Source: an uncultured SAR86 cluster bacterium (lineage in GTDB: Bacteria; Pseudomonadota; Gammaproteobacteria; Magnimaribacterales; TMED112). Taken from it: a DNA stretch of 64,000 nucleotides. The stretch's first letter is position 1. Every line of letters starts with the position of its first letter. Shown here in pieces: positions 7,656-17,782 of this stretch. Under the pieces are notes generated by a model. The model saw nothing but the letters and a program-made list of their open reading frames with translations. It was not told the origin of the DNA and ran no database searches. Made by a program: the position numbers and the translations under genes. The stretch is taken from positions 2,513 through 66,512 of the forward strand of contig CACNDL010000004.1 in NCBI GenBank assembly GCA_902619265.1, given 5' to 3'.

Positions 7656-8477
7656 TTACTTTTTGAAAACTTTTTTTGCTGCCCTAAGAATTATTGGAGG
7701 ACATACATCTTTAACAAATGCATTAAAGTTAAAGGGGTTCTCAAACTTCTCATTTTCTCTTTCTCTAAATAAAGTACTATGTTTAGATTTATTGCTAAGC
7801 ACCTCATTAGCTGGCCTTCCCCTGGAAAAATAATAATATGCTAAAGATTTTCTACTTCTATCTTCTGGACACATTAATGCGTCAGGGTGTCCATGATAAG
7901 TAAACGATGTCGTCGTAAATATTACGCATTTATTAAAATTTGGAAGAATTGATTGAACAGGACTTCCCATTGAATCATTAAAAAGCTCAAGTCTCCCTCC
8001 CCAAGACTCATCCCAATCTTTATTTAAGTATATTAATAAATTTAATCTTCTGTCTAAATCTAAACTTGGATGCTTATTAAAATCTGCGTGAACCTTTAGA
8101 AGACCTCCTTTTTTAATTTCATGGTAACCTCCTCCTGCAAGGTAAGGGTCTGAAATCAAAGGCTCTTTGATACCAGTTAGCGTGTTAAGCCAATTAAGCA
8201 TTAAATCTGATTGCATGTAACTATTTAACTCTAGTGCACTTTTACTAATATGACGCATTCCTTTACTAGCAAGTTTAATTTCTTTTTCATTCTCAAATTG
8301 AATTTTAGAGTCTTTTAGTTTTGATAAATCTGGAAACTCATCCTCAACTCTAGATAATAAGTCGCCAATGAAAAAGTCTTCCATAACAATGTGAGGAAAT
8401 GGATCAGCTTTTAAGTAATCTTTTTTGTGCTTTTCAGCATCAAGCCATTTTTTATTTATAATATCTGATAATTCCAT
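7656..8477 (-). CDS. 2OG-Fe(II) oxygenase family protein
   Basis: PFPHIVMEDF, HADFN (HxD), RRLNLLIYLN, HGH, RKSLA. Confidence 0.85.
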   Translation of the reverse strand: MELSDIINKKWLDAEKHKKDYLKADPFPHIVMEDFFIGDLLSRVEDEFPDLSKLKDSKIQFENEKEIKLASKGMRHISKSALELNSYMQSDLMLNWLNTLTGIKEPLISDPYLAGGGYHEIKKGGLLKVHADFNKHPSLDLDRRLNLLIYLNKDWDESWGGRLELFNDSMGSPVQSILPNFNKCVIFTTTSFTYHGHPDALMCPEDRSRKSLAYYYFSRGRPANEVLSNKSKHSTLFRERENEKFENPFNFNAFVKDVCPPIILRAAKKVFKK

Positions 8478-8527
8478 TTTTAAATATAAGTATATAAAAA
8501 TTACATAGTTTTAGTTATTTATTGATT

Positions 8528-9877
8528 CTAATAATTATAAGAATCTCCTTTGAAAGGGCCATTCTCCTTAACGGAAATATATTCTTGTTGATGTTTTGTT
8601 AACTTTGTTAATGTACCTCCAAATCCTTGAACCATAAGAGCTGCAACTTCCTCATCAAGCTTCTTTGGAAGAACTTTAACATAAAGCTCTTTTTCTTCTG
8701 GTCTTTTTGAAGCATAACCATCTTTAAATAATGCTATTTGTGCTAAAACTTGGTTACAAAATGATCCATCCATAACTCTGCTTGGATGTCCAGTAGCTAA
8801 TGCTAAATTAACAAGCCTTCCTTCACCTAATAATAATAAATAGTCCTCATCAGATCTTTTAACTTTATGGACACCCGGCTTAACTTCATACCATTCAAAA
8901 GTTTTAAGATGCTTGATATCTATTTCATTGTCAAAATGGCCAATATTGCATATGACACAGCCTGACTTTAAAGCATCAAGCATAAATTTATCTAGAACAT
9001 TAATATTACCTGTTGTTGTAACAACTAAATCATATTTTTTTAGTAATTCTTTATTAAGTTTTGTTCCATCACTAGTAACTTCACCTTTCTGATAAGCTGA
9101 AACTACAGAAAAACCGTCAAAACACGCCTGCATAGCGCATATTGGGTCCACTTCTGTAATATCAACAATCATTTTTTGCTGGGCGAGAGAGTCTGCAGAG
9201 CCTTTGCCAACATCTCCGTATCCTATTACAAGCGCTTTTTTACCGGCTAACAGCATGTCTGTGCCTCTTTTTATCGCGTCATCAAGACCATGCCTACAGC
9301 CGTACTTATTATCATTTTTGGATTTAGTCAAAGAATCATTAACGTTGATTGCTGGCACCTTAAGCTCTCCAACTTCGAGCATTTCTTTAAGCCTCTTAAC
9401 ACCTGTTGTTGTTTCTTCAGAAATACCATGAATTTTTTCTAGCATATCAGGATATTCCTTGTGAACTTTGACAGTTAAATCGCCTCCATCGTCTAGAATC
9501 ATATTGGCATTCCATGGTTTGCCATCTTTATTAATTGTTTGATCAAGACACCACTCATATTCTTCTTCTGTTTCACCTTTCCAAGCAAAAACTGGAATTC
9601 CTTTTGCAGCAATAGCTGCAGCAGCATGGTCTTGGGTAGAAAAAATATTGCATGATGACCATCTCACTTCTGCACCTAAGTCAATTAGTGTTTCTATAAG
9701 AACTGCTGTTTGAATAGTCATGTGAATACAACCCATAATCTTTGCACCTTTAAGAGGCTGCTCGTCACGATAATTTTCTCTCAATTGCATAAGAGCTGGC
9801 ATTTCATCTTGTGCGAGTAAAATTTCTTGTCTTCCAAATTCTGCTAACGAAATATCTTTTACTTTATAATCATTCAT
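8528..9877 (-). CDS. ahcY: Adenosylhomocysteinase
   Basis: [55 protein letters not shown]; start placed at MNDYKV. Confidence 0.97.
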   Translation of the reverse strand: MNDYKVKDISLAEFGRQEILLAQDEMPALMQLRENYRDEQPLKGAKIMGCIHMTIQTAVLIETLIDLGAEVRWSSCNIFSTQDHAAAAIAAKGIPVFAWKGETEEEYEWCLDQTINKDGKPWNANMILDDGGDLTVKVHKEYPDMLEKIHGISEETTTGVKRLKEMLEVGELKVPAINVNDSLTKSKNDNKYGCRHGLDDAIKRGTDMLLAGKKALVIGYGDVGKGSADSLAQQKMIVDITEVDPICAMQACFDGFSVVSAYQKGEVTSDGTKLNKELLKKYDLVVTTTGNINVLDKFMLDALKSGCVICNIGHFDNEIDIKHLKTFEWYEVKPGVHKVKRSDEDYLLLLGEGRLVNLALATGHPSRVMDGSFCNQVLAQIALFKDGYASKRPEEKELYVKVLPKKLDEEVAALMVQGFGGTLTKLTKHQQEYISVKENGPFKGDSYNY

Positions 9878-10649
9878 CTTTATTGCCTTCATAAAACTCT
9901 AATCTTTCAATATCATCTTCAGAGGTCTCATCACCATATTGAATCTCAATTATTCTACATTCTTCAGTGTAAGGATTATATATTTGATGCCAATCTTCTT
10001 TGCCTACTTTGAATACATCATGCAAATCTAGTTTTTCAACATGCTTATCTTTTTGTTTAGCCCTCTGATACTTAACATCACATCTGCCTTTAGAAACAAA
10101 CCAAATCTCATCTCTATTAAAATGTCTTTGCAAACTCATACCTTTTCCGGCATGAATTATTAACTCTTTTAATTTAATTTTTTCATTCTTGTAAAGATTA
10201 AAAAATTTTCCCCAAACCCTATCTTCAGCTTCGCCAAGCCAATTTTTAAGAATCCAACTGCTTGAATTCTTTTTATCGTCACCACCAACTCCAAATTCAA
10301 ATTCTATATTTTCAACAATCATTTCTGGTATATTAGTTTTATCTCGATCGCCACCATTACAAAAAATTATTTGGTTTTCAGGATAAGAAAGCTTGATTTG
10401 TTCTAATGCATTACAACAACTTCCATCACTATCATCAAAATCTATAACCTCATTAACTGCTTTCAGATTTTCTAAAATTTCTTTTCTTTCATTAAAAGAC
10501 ATAAATGGTTGTCCTTTTTTTTCTGTTAGCCAATTATCAGAATTTAAAGCTACTATCAGGTGATCTCCAAGTAAGCTAGCCGTATTGATATATGCAAGAT
10601 GACCAGAATGTAAAGGATCAAAACCTCCACTTACAACGATAATTTTCAT
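9870..10649 (-). CDS. Cytidylyltransferase (HxGH) fused to a mannose-6-phosphate isomerase-type cupin
   Basis: [16 protein letters not shown] and NSSSWIL, then RVWGKF, MSLQRH, WHQI and IIEIQYG..EDDIER; ATGA overlap with the metK stop. Confidence 0.8.
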   Translation of the reverse strand: MKIIVVSGGFDPLHSGHLAYINTASLLGDHLIVALNSDNWLTEKKGQPFMSFNERKEILENLKAVNEVIDFDDSDGSCCNALEQIKLSYPENQIIFCNGGDRDKTNIPEMIVENIEFEFGVGGDDKKNSSSWILKNWLGEAEDRVWGKFFNLYKNEKIKLKELIIHAGKGMSLQRHFNRDEIWFVSKGRCDVKYQRAKQKDKHVEKLDLHDVFKVGKEDWHQIYNPYTEECRIIEIQYGDETSEDDIERLEFYEGNKDE

Positions 10650-11767
10650 AGTTTTTTTGCTTTTTCCCACTCAAAACCAATATTTTCTCTGCCAAAGTGT
10701 CCATAAGAAGCAGTTTTTAAGTAAATTGGGGTTAAGAGGTCTAAGTTTTTAATCAGGCCAGATGGTGATAGATCAAAGTTTTCATTAACAATTTTATTGA
10801 TTTTATCTAAACCTAATTTTTCAGATTCAAATGTGTTGATATAAATTGATACAGGTTCAGAAATGCCAATGGCGTAAGATGCTTGTACTTCACAATAATC
10901 GCAAAGATCATTCTTTACTAATGACTTAGCTACTTGCCTAAGCCCATAAGCAGCTGAGCGATCAACTTTTGTTGGGTCTTTGCCTGAAAAACCTCCACCA
11001 CCATGTCTAGCCATACCACCATAGGTATCTACAATAACTTTTCTTCCAGTTAAGCCACAGTCACCAACTGGACCTCCTATAACAAAACGGCCAGCAGGGT
11101 TAATTAAATATTTAGTTTTATTGTCTAGAAGTTTTTTAGGTAAACATGAATCAATAATTTGTGTTTTAACGATTTCTCTTAAGTCCTCCAAATCCAGATC
11201 ATCACTATGCTGTGTTGATAGAACAATTGAATCAATTCGTTTTGGTTGATAATTTGAATCGTATTCTATAGAAACTTGAGATTTTGCGTCTGGTCTTAAT
11301 CCAAGGCCCTTAGATTTTCTTATTTCTGAGTGTTTGAGCACTAATTTATGAGCTAAAGCAATTGGTAATGGCATAAGTTCTGGGGTCTCTTTGCAGGCAT
11401 AGCCAAACATCAAACCCTGATCTCCTGAGCCTAAAACCGCATCTCCTGAGATACCAGCATCAATATCTTTGCTCTGCTCAGATATTAGATTTTGAAATTC
11501 AAAGCTAGCGCTAGTAAATCCAAGATCATCTTCGATATACCCTATATCTTTAACTACATTTCTCGCTACAGTTTCATAATCTACATTAGCGATAGACGTA
11601 ATCTCTCCAGCAACAACAACTGTATTATTTTTTATAAGAGTCTCACAAGCTACTCGAGAGTTTGGATCTGATTTAAGACATTCATCTAATATTGCATCAG
11701 AAATTTGATCACAAATTTTGTCAGGATGCCCTTCTGAAACTGATTCAGACGTGAAGATATAAGACAT
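10646..11767 (-). CDS. metK: S-adenosylmethionine synthetase
   Basis: FTSESVSEGHPDK, GDQG, GLTGRK, GGGGFSGKDPTKVDRS. Confidence 0.97.
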   Translation of the reverse strand: MSYIFTSESVSEGHPDKICDQISDAILDECLKSDPNSRVACETLIKNNTVVVAGEITSIANVDYETVARNVVKDIGYIEDDLGFTSASFEFQNLISEQSKDIDAGISGDAVLGSGDQGLMFGYACKETPELMPLPIALAHKLVLKHSEIRKSKGLGLRPDAKSQVSIEYDSNYQPKRIDSIVLSTQHSDDLDLEDLREIVKTQIIDSCLPKKLLDNKTKYLINPAGRFVIGGPVGDCGLTGRKVIVDTYGGMARHGGGGFSGKDPTKVDRSAAYGLRQVAKSLVKNDLCDYCEVQASYAIGISEPVSIYINTFESEKLGLDKINKIVNENFDLSPSGLIKNLDLLTPIYLKTASYGHFGRENIGFEWEKAKKL

Positions 11768-13704
11768 TACAAGCCCTCAATATTGATACCATCAATTTGT
11801 AAAGATTCTTTAATTAATGGATTCATGACAGCTTCAGTTTCTTCATCAGTTATATTATTTTCAAGAGCTTGGAATTTAAATCTATATCCAACCTTTAAAA
11901 GGTTTTGTTTTTTATTTTCAAATAAATCAAAGACAAAACAGTCTACCATCAATTCAGATGATTCTTTGTACTTTTTAATAAGTGTGGCAAGCTGCTCAAG
12001 ATTTTCATGGTTATCAAGGCTGAACGATAGATCACGGTAAGAGGCAGGATAGTCTGAAATTCTGCTTTGCTTCTTGGTAGGCAATTTCAAATTGTTGGTG
12101 GCTATTTCAAAACTGAATACAGGTGTTTTCGTTTTAGAGCCAACGAATTCTTTAGATAGCTTACCAATTCGTCCAATATGTTCGTCATTACAATAGACTT
12201 TTTCATATAGATCATAGTTTTGAGACTGATCCAGTTCAAAATTTAGTTCCCTACCCAAGATCTCTGAAAAAATTGTTTTAATTAGCCCTTTCAAATAAGA
12301 ATAATCTAGCTGGGCATTAAATTCTTTGAAATTTTTATTGGTTTTACCACTAACAATAACAGCTAACTTATTCTCATTACCATCTTTAGTGTAAATATCG
12401 GAAAATTCAAATAACTTTATTGAATCTTTTTGTCTGTTTTGATTGAAGACCACATTTTCTTTGATTGATTTCGTTATGCAAACCCTCATCTTTGATCTTT
12501 GCTTATCTAGCGGGTTATCCACTGAAATAGCAGAATCATCTTGATTATCGTTGAAAGGAAAATTTACTACTTCAAAAAAACCATTATTTACAAGGTAATC
12601 TCGACATAGTTCCTCAAAGTTTGCTTCTATTCTCTTCGCTTTAACAGGCAAGGCTAATGCTTCCGGGGCAATATTGTCATAGCCAATCATTCTGGCAATC
12701 TCTTCTGCAAGGTCATTTAGTTGATCAACATCTGATCTATGTGATGGAACCTCAACTTTATCATCTGTCATGAAGTAGAGAGAGTTTAGATAGTTTTTTT
12801 GTTCTTTTTCAGTAAGCTCTGTGCCAATTATCTTATTTAATCTTTCAGAATCGAACTCTACTTCAGTTCTGTCCACTTTTCTTTGCTCTGTTTTTAATGC
12901 AAGTGATTTAATCTTTGCATGATCAGCTACTACAGCAATAAACCTTCTTAAAACTTGTTCTTGCGCAAGAAAATCAACCCCTCTCTCAAATTTGTAGGAT
13001 GCCTCTGAGTTAAGATTATATTGACGAGCTTTACCAAGAATCACCTCAGGTTCGAAATAGGCACATTCAACTAAAACTTTCGTTGTGTCTTCACTGCATG
13101 AAGTACTTTCGTCACCCATGGTACCAGCTAAATCAACGGCAACATCGTTGATAGTAAAAACTAAATTTTCACCATTAAGTTCTATTTCAGAACCCAGAAG
13201 TGTTTTAAATTTTTCTTGTTTATTTCTTTTCTCGAGTACCAAAGGACCATCAATCTTCGTAGCGTCATAGCAATGAGTTGGCTGGCCAGTTTCATAGGCA
13301 AGATAGTTTGAAATATCGGTAAACAAATTGTTTTTATTCAGCTTTAGGTCTTGAAAGTAATTCTCCAGGTAAGGTGCATAATCTTTAATCTTTCCCTCAA
13401 TTTCAATTTCAACAAAACTGATATTTGGACATAGATCTTCTGCTTTATTCTCAAATACTAAACTTGATTCTGGTATTCCAGCATCATAGACCTCTTTTTC
13501 CAAAGCAGCTTTATAGAAATGGTTCAAATCTCTGGCAATACCTTTGAGCGATAAACAATCACCTCTATTAGGTGTGATTTCTAAGTCCAGGACTTCTCCC
13601 TCTATCTCATGCTCATGGCCCAATTGAAATAATTTATCGGAAAGCTCTTCAAGAGATGGTTTTTTTTCCAAGAAATTGAGCAAATGTGAATAAACTATTT
13701 TCAT
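11767..13704 (-). CDS. pheT: Phenylalanyl-tRNA synthetase beta subunit (no B2 domain)
   Basis: ITPNRGDCLS, GQPTHCYD, ASYKFERGVD, DLAEEIARMIGY, C-terminal YPASYRDLSF ferredoxin-fold anticodon-binding domain; 645 aa. Confidence 0.93.
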   Translation of the reverse strand: MKIVYSHLLNFLEKKPSLEELSDKLFQLGHEHEIEGEVLDLEITPNRGDCLSLKGIARDLNHFYKAALEKEVYDAGIPESSLVFENKAEDLCPNISFVEIEIEGKIKDYAPYLENYFQDLKLNKNNLFTDISNYLAYETGQPTHCYDATKIDGPLVLEKRNKQEKFKTLLGSEIELNGENLVFTINDVAVDLAGTMGDESTSCSEDTTKVLVECAYFEPEVILGKARQYNLNSEASYKFERGVDFLAQEQVLRRFIAVVADHAKIKSLALKTEQRKVDRTEVEFDSERLNKIIGTELTEKEQKNYLNSLYFMTDDKVEVPSHRSDVDQLNDLAEEIARMIGYDNIAPEALALPVKAKRIEANFEELCRDYLVNNGFFEVVNFPFNDNQDDSAISVDNPLDKQRSKMRVCITKSIKENVVFNQNRQKDSIKLFEFSDIYTKDGNENKLAVIVSGKTNKNFKEFNAQLDYSYLKGLIKTIFSEILGRELNFELDQSQNYDLYEKVYCNDEHIGRIGKLSKEFVGSKTKTPVFSFEIATNNLKLPTKKQSRISDYPASYRDLSFSLDNHENLEQLATLIKKYKESSELMVDCFVFDLFENKKQNLLKVGYRFKFQALENNITDEETEAVMNPLIKESLQIDGINIEGL

Positions 13705-14423
13705 TTAAATTGCCTCAAGAAATCTAAGTTGGATTTGTAAAAATCTCTTATATCAGACACACCGTACTTGAGCATAGCAATCCTTTCAATGCCTAGACCA
13801 AAAGCTAAGCCTGAATATTTTTTAGAATCAACTTTGCAATTTTCTAAAACTTTTGGATTAACTACACCACAACCAAGTATTTCTAACCATTTATCACCAA
13901 ATAAGACATCTACCTCTGCAGATGGTTCAGTAAACGGAAAGTAAGATGGTCTGAATCTTAATTTTGCTTCCTCACCGAATAATGAGTGGCAAATTTTATA
14001 GATAAGGTCCTTTAAATGGGCAAAACTTACATCCTCATCAATAAATATGCCTTCAATCTGATGAAACATAGGAAGATGAGTCGCATCATCATCTTTTCTA
14101 TAAACTTTGCCTGGTGATATAAACGCCATTGGACCTTGCTCCTCTAGCATGCATCTTACTTGAACTGGTGAAGTATGCGTTCGAAGAACGCTTTTCATAC
14201 CATCCACATAAAAGGTGTCGTGCATTTCTCTAGCAGGGTGAGTTGCAGGAATATTCAGCATATCGAAGTTGTATTCTTCGCTTTCAATTTCAGGGCCCTC
14301 AGCAACTTCAAAGCCAAAAGATGTAAGCAATTTTACTAATTCAAACTTTACTTGATTAATGGGGTGAACTGCCCCGATCTCTCGATCTAGACTAGGTAAG
14401 AATATCTCTTTTGGTTTTGACAT
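13701..14423 (-). CDS. pheS: Phenylalanyl-tRNA synthetase alpha subunit (no N-terminal coiled coil)
   Basis: HPAREMHDTFY, LRTHTSPVQ, FHQIEG, RPSYFPFTEPS, GLAFGLGIERIAML; 240 aa. Confidence 0.95.
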   Translation of the reverse strand: MSKPKEIFLPSLDREIGAVHPINQVKFELVKLLTSFGFEVAEGPEIESEEYNFDMLNIPATHPAREMHDTFYVDGMKSVLRTHTSPVQVRCMLEEQGPMAFISPGKVYRKDDDATHLPMFHQIEGIFIDEDVSFAHLKDLIYKICHSLFGEEAKLRFRPSYFPFTEPSAEVDVLFGDKWLEILGCGVVNPKVLENCKVDSKKYSGLAFGLGIERIAMLKYGVSDIRDFYKSNLDFLRQFK

Positions 14424-14770
14424 TAATCTATAGCAGTTTTCACAACTTTCTCAAAAGCTGCTTTATCCTGTATAGCTAACTCTGACAGCATCTTTCTGTC
14501 AAGTTCTATGCCTTTTTTGTTCATGCCAGCGATGAACTTAGAATAGGTATGCCCAAGATTTCTAACTTCTGCATTAATCCTAGTAATCCATAATCTTCTG
14601 AAATCTCTTTTTCTATTTTTTCTATCCCTATAGGCATATTGCAGGGATTTAATTAATGATTGTTTGGCCGTTTTGAATAAACGAGAACGAGCGCCATAAT
14701 GGCCTTTTGTTCTAGCTAGAACAGCTTTATGTTTTTTAGCGGCTAAATTTCCTTTTGTTGTTCTTGGCAT
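14423..14770 (-). CDS. rplT: 50S ribosomal protein L20
   Basis: [23 protein letters not shown]. Confidence 0.97.
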   Translation of the reverse strand: MPRTTKGNLAAKKHKAVLARTKGHYGARSRLFKTAKQSLIKSLQYAYRDRKNRKRDFRRLWITRINAEVRNLGHTYSKFIAGMNKKGIELDRKMLSELAIQDKAAFEKVVKTAID

Positions 14771-14771
14771 T

Positions 14772-14963
14772 TTATGCTTCCAATAGTTTATTCACTACTT
14801 TAAGGTTTGCACCTTCAAGATGTGATGTCCCTCTAGCGTGTCTTTTCTTTTTTGTCTTATGCTTAGACAAAATATGGTTTCTGCCAGCGGACCTCATCTT
14901 CAGGCCTGAACCAGTTACTTTAAATCTCTTTTTTGCACCGGAGTGATTCTTTAATTTACTCAT
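14772..14963 (-). CDS. rpmI: 50S ribosomal protein L35
   Basis: [20 protein letters not shown]; lies between infC and rplT. Confidence 0.95.
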   Translation of the reverse strand: MSKLKNHSGAKKRFKVTGSGLKMRSAGRNHILSKHKTKKKRHARGTSHLEGANLKVVNKLLEA

Positions 14964-15499
14964 TTTACCTTCTTAGGTGTCAGTAGCGCGCTATAAGTTC
15001 TATTTTCAAACTTTGGTTCCACTAACACAGATGCAATATCTTCCGTTTCTTTAATGATGCTGTCAAGTAAAGTTTTACCAAAACTCGTGTTCCCAAGCTC
15101 TCTTCCACGGAAGGTAACCGAGATTTTAACGTTAGCTTTTTTCTCAATAAAGCCCATAATCTTTTTTAGTTTCGTATTAATATCGCCTGTATCAATATTA
15201 GGACGCATCTTAATTTCTTTTTGTTCTATCTTTTTCTGTTGTTTTTTTGCCGCAGATTGTTTTTTCTTTTGATCAAATTTGTGTTTGCCATAATCCAGAA
15301 TTTTCGCCACACAAGGTTCCTTATCGAAGGTGATTTGCAACAAGTCCAAGCCCTTATCCTGAGCAATTTTTAAGGCATCATCTTTACTGTAAACGCCAAG
15401 TTTTTCTCCGTTATTATCGATCACTGTTAATTTTTGTGCTTTAACGTATTTGTTAACAGGTGCCTGGGGTGGTCTTCTTCTTTGTCTTTGTGGTCTCAA
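14960..15499 (-). CDS. infC: Translation initiation factor IF-3 (non-AUG start)
   Basis: [24 protein letters not shown]; no in-frame ATG before the conserved region, TTG at 15499. Confidence 0.93.
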   Translation of the reverse strand: MRPQRQRRRPPQAPVNKYVKAQKLTVIDNNGEKLGVYSKDDALKIAQDKGLDLLQITFDKEPCVAKILDYGKHKFDQKKKQSAAKKQQKKIEQKEIKMRPNIDTGDINTKLKKIMGFIEKKANVKISVTFRGRELGNTSFGKTLLDSIIKETEDIASVLVEPKFENRTYSALLTPKKVK

Positions 15500-15601
15500 A
15501 TTATTATGGGTTGTAAAGATTTAATGTGCATAGAATTAGCACTGCTGATAAGTCTTAAGTAATGTCATAGAATGCAAATATTATACGATTTATGGATTTA
15601 A

Positions 15602-16033
15602 TCAAGAGTTTGTATCCCACAAAGATTCCGGCACTTTCATAGTTTTAATTTCTATGGCATTGCCACTTGGATCACGAATAAAAAATGTTTCTTGTTCACG
15701 ATAACCTCCTTTAAATCTTAAAAAAGGTGCATCCAGGAAATTATATTCATCGCTATTGTGAATTCTTTTCTTAACTTCCTGAAAATCGTCATTTGAAAGA
15801 TGTATACCAAAATGTGGCACACAAACATCAGCCATATCTACGTGATGTCTGTGACTATGAGTTAATTCATCTTCACCAGCATTATGTAGAGTAAGTTCAT
15901 TGCCCCAGAAATTAATGTCTTGCCATTTACCTTTTTCACAATTACCTTCCTCGCAACCTAAAAAATCACAATAAAATTCTTTTGATTCTTCAATTGATCT
16001 GACTGGAATAGCTAGGTGAAATCTTGAACTCAT
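15602..16033 (-). CDS. VOC/glyoxalase family protein
   Basis: FHLAIPV, FYCDFLGC, VPHFG, FFIRDPSGNAIEIK. Confidence 0.85.
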   Translation of the reverse strand: MSSRFHLAIPVRSIEESKEFYCDFLGCEEGNCEKGKWQDINFWGNELTLHNAGEDELTHSHRHHVDMADVCVPHFGIHLSNDDFQEVKKRIHNSDEYNFLDAPFLRFKGGYREQETFFIRDPSGNAIEIKTMKVPESLWDTNS

Positions 16034-16036
16034 CAA

Positions 16037-17782
16037 CTAATTATAAAACTCTTTTGTAAGACTTTGAATCTCCTTAGCCAAATCTATTTTTATACTCAAG
16101 TCTTTTGAAATTTGTTGTAGGCTCAGTTTTGCAATAGGTTCTATTGAATTGTATTTAGCATAGATTCGTTCAACTATTTTTGGTCCGACACCATTAATAT
16201 CAAAAAGAAAATGTTTCTTCATATCCTTGCGTTTTTTGCTTCTAAAATTCTTAAGCGCAAATCTATGTGCCTCATCCCTAATATCTAAAAATAGTTTTGA
16301 GATATCTTCTGAATTACGAAATTCATAATCACCAACATTGGTATGTAAGGTTTCAAGACCGTATTTTCTCTTAACGCCTTTAGATACTGATACACATTGA
16401 ATGTCTATATCTAATCTTTCTGATATGTAATTCAAGTGGGTCTTGCCACCGTCAATTAAAATTAGATCTACTTCAGGTATTGATTTTAGATATTTATTAA
16501 TTCCAAATAACAATGAGTCTAAATCGGACTCAGAAATTGTAATGGGCACTCGAAAAAATCGGTATTTGCTTTTATTGAACGAATTTTCTGAGAAATTTAC
16601 ACATGAGACTGTTTTTATATCTCCACTAACGCCACTAACGTCAAATCCTACGATAGTTGGCTCCTCGATTGTATTAAGATTTCTGCGCAGAAAATCTAAA
16701 GATTGAGCATATTTTTGATATTTCGTAGCTTGGTTTAATAGACCTTCATTAGCATTTTTGTTAGCAAGCTCAATCCACTCAGCTTTTTTTCCTTTCTGTG
16801 GTTTAAGAAATTTTACATTTCCAAATATATCATTCTCATCAACTTTAAATTCTGTGATGATCTTACTAACAGAGGGGTATTTTTGAATCAAACTTGGAAT
16901 AAATTCTAATAAAGCGTCGTAATCGTTTTTTTGAAGATGGTTTTTAAAAATGAATTTTTGTAAATTAACAAACCTGTCTGATTCGACTTGTATTACTGCA
17001 ACTGAAATAAGTTTTTCATTTGTTCGAATACCAACTACTCTTGTATTGCTACCTTTTGAAAAAATAATTTGTTTTTGATTGATTTTGTTTAATTGCTCTA
17101 GTCTGTCTCTTATAGCTGCTGCTTGTTCAAATTTTTCAAGATTAGCTGCTTGCACCATTTCTTCCTTCATTTTCTTTTCTAGATGTTTGAAATTGCCCTT
17201 AAGAATTGTTTTGGTATCTTCAATGTCTTTTCTATACTCTGTTTTATTAATTTCACCGACACAGGGTGCAGTACACCGACCAATTTGATACTCCATGCAT
17301 GGCCTTGATCTATTTTTAAAGTAGTTATCGCTACAAGTTCGTATCTTAAAAACTTTTTGAATTTGATTTACAGCTATTCGTGTTGCATAAGCACTTGTGT
17401 ATGGACCATAAAGACCTTCGTGACCTTTCAGAACTCTTTTAGTTTCAATTTTGGGGAAGTCATGATTTTCGTCTAGGTGAATGAAAGGATAACTTTTATC
17501 GTCCCTTAATAAGATATTGAATCTTGGTTTTTCTGATTTAATCAGGTTTTGTTCCAAAAGTAATGCGTCAACCTCATTATTTGTTGTAACAAAATCTAAT
17601 TTGTTTGCCAAAGACACCAGTCTTTTCGTTTTATACGTTTGTGTGCCAGAAAAATAACTTCTAGCTCTTTTTTTAAGATTTTTTGCCTTACCGATATATA
17701 AGACTTCATCGTTATTGAAAAACTTATATATGCCTGGCTCTTCGGGAAATTTGGCGGTTAAGGCTTTTAGATCTTTATTCAA
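16037..17782 (-). CDS. uvrC: Excinuclease ABC subunit C
   Basis: GIY-YIG domain (PGIY...LYIGKAKNL), Cys-rich region, UVR motif, IDGGK, IRDEAHRFA, HhH. Confidence 0.95.
   Translation of the reverse strand: MNKDLKALTAKFPEEPGIYKFFNNDEVLYIGKAKNLKKRARSYFSGTQTYKTKRLVSLANKLDFVTTNNEVDALLLEQNLIKSEKPRFNILLRDDKSYPFIHLDENHDFPKIETKRVLKGHEGLYGPYTSAYATRIAVNQIQKVFKIRTCSDNYFKNRSRPCMEYQIGRCTAPCVGEINKTEYRKDIEDTKTILKGNFKHLEKKMKEEMVQAANLEKFEQAAAIRDRLEQLNKINQKQIIFSKGSNTRVVGIRTNEKLISVAVIQVESDRFVNLQKFIFKNHLQKNDYDALLEFIPSLIQKYPSVSKIITEFKVDENDIFGNVKFLKPQKGKKAEWIELANKNANEGLLNQATKYQKYAQSLDFLRRNLNTIEEPTIVGFDVSGVSGDIKTVSCVNFSENSFNKSKYRFFRVPITISESDLDSLLFGINKYLKSIPEVDLILIDGGKTHLNYISERLDIDIQCVSVSKGVKRKYGLETLHTNVGDYEFRNSEDISKLFLDIRDEAHRFALKNFRSKKRKDMKKHFLFDINGVGPKIVERIYAKYNSIEPIAKLSLQQISKDLSIKIDLAKEIQSLTKEFYN

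Noticed and set aside
6470-10649. Prophage or auxiliary-gene block, since several of these families also occur in marine phages
   Set aside because: No structural, terminase, integrase or replication genes, and the genes are interleaved with ahcY, metK and tRNAs.
13701-14423. pheS (and aroA, pgi, rpsA) as pseudogenes because they are short
   Set aside because: Catalytic motifs are intact, there are no frameshift remnants, and tight start/stop overlaps indicate maintained genes.
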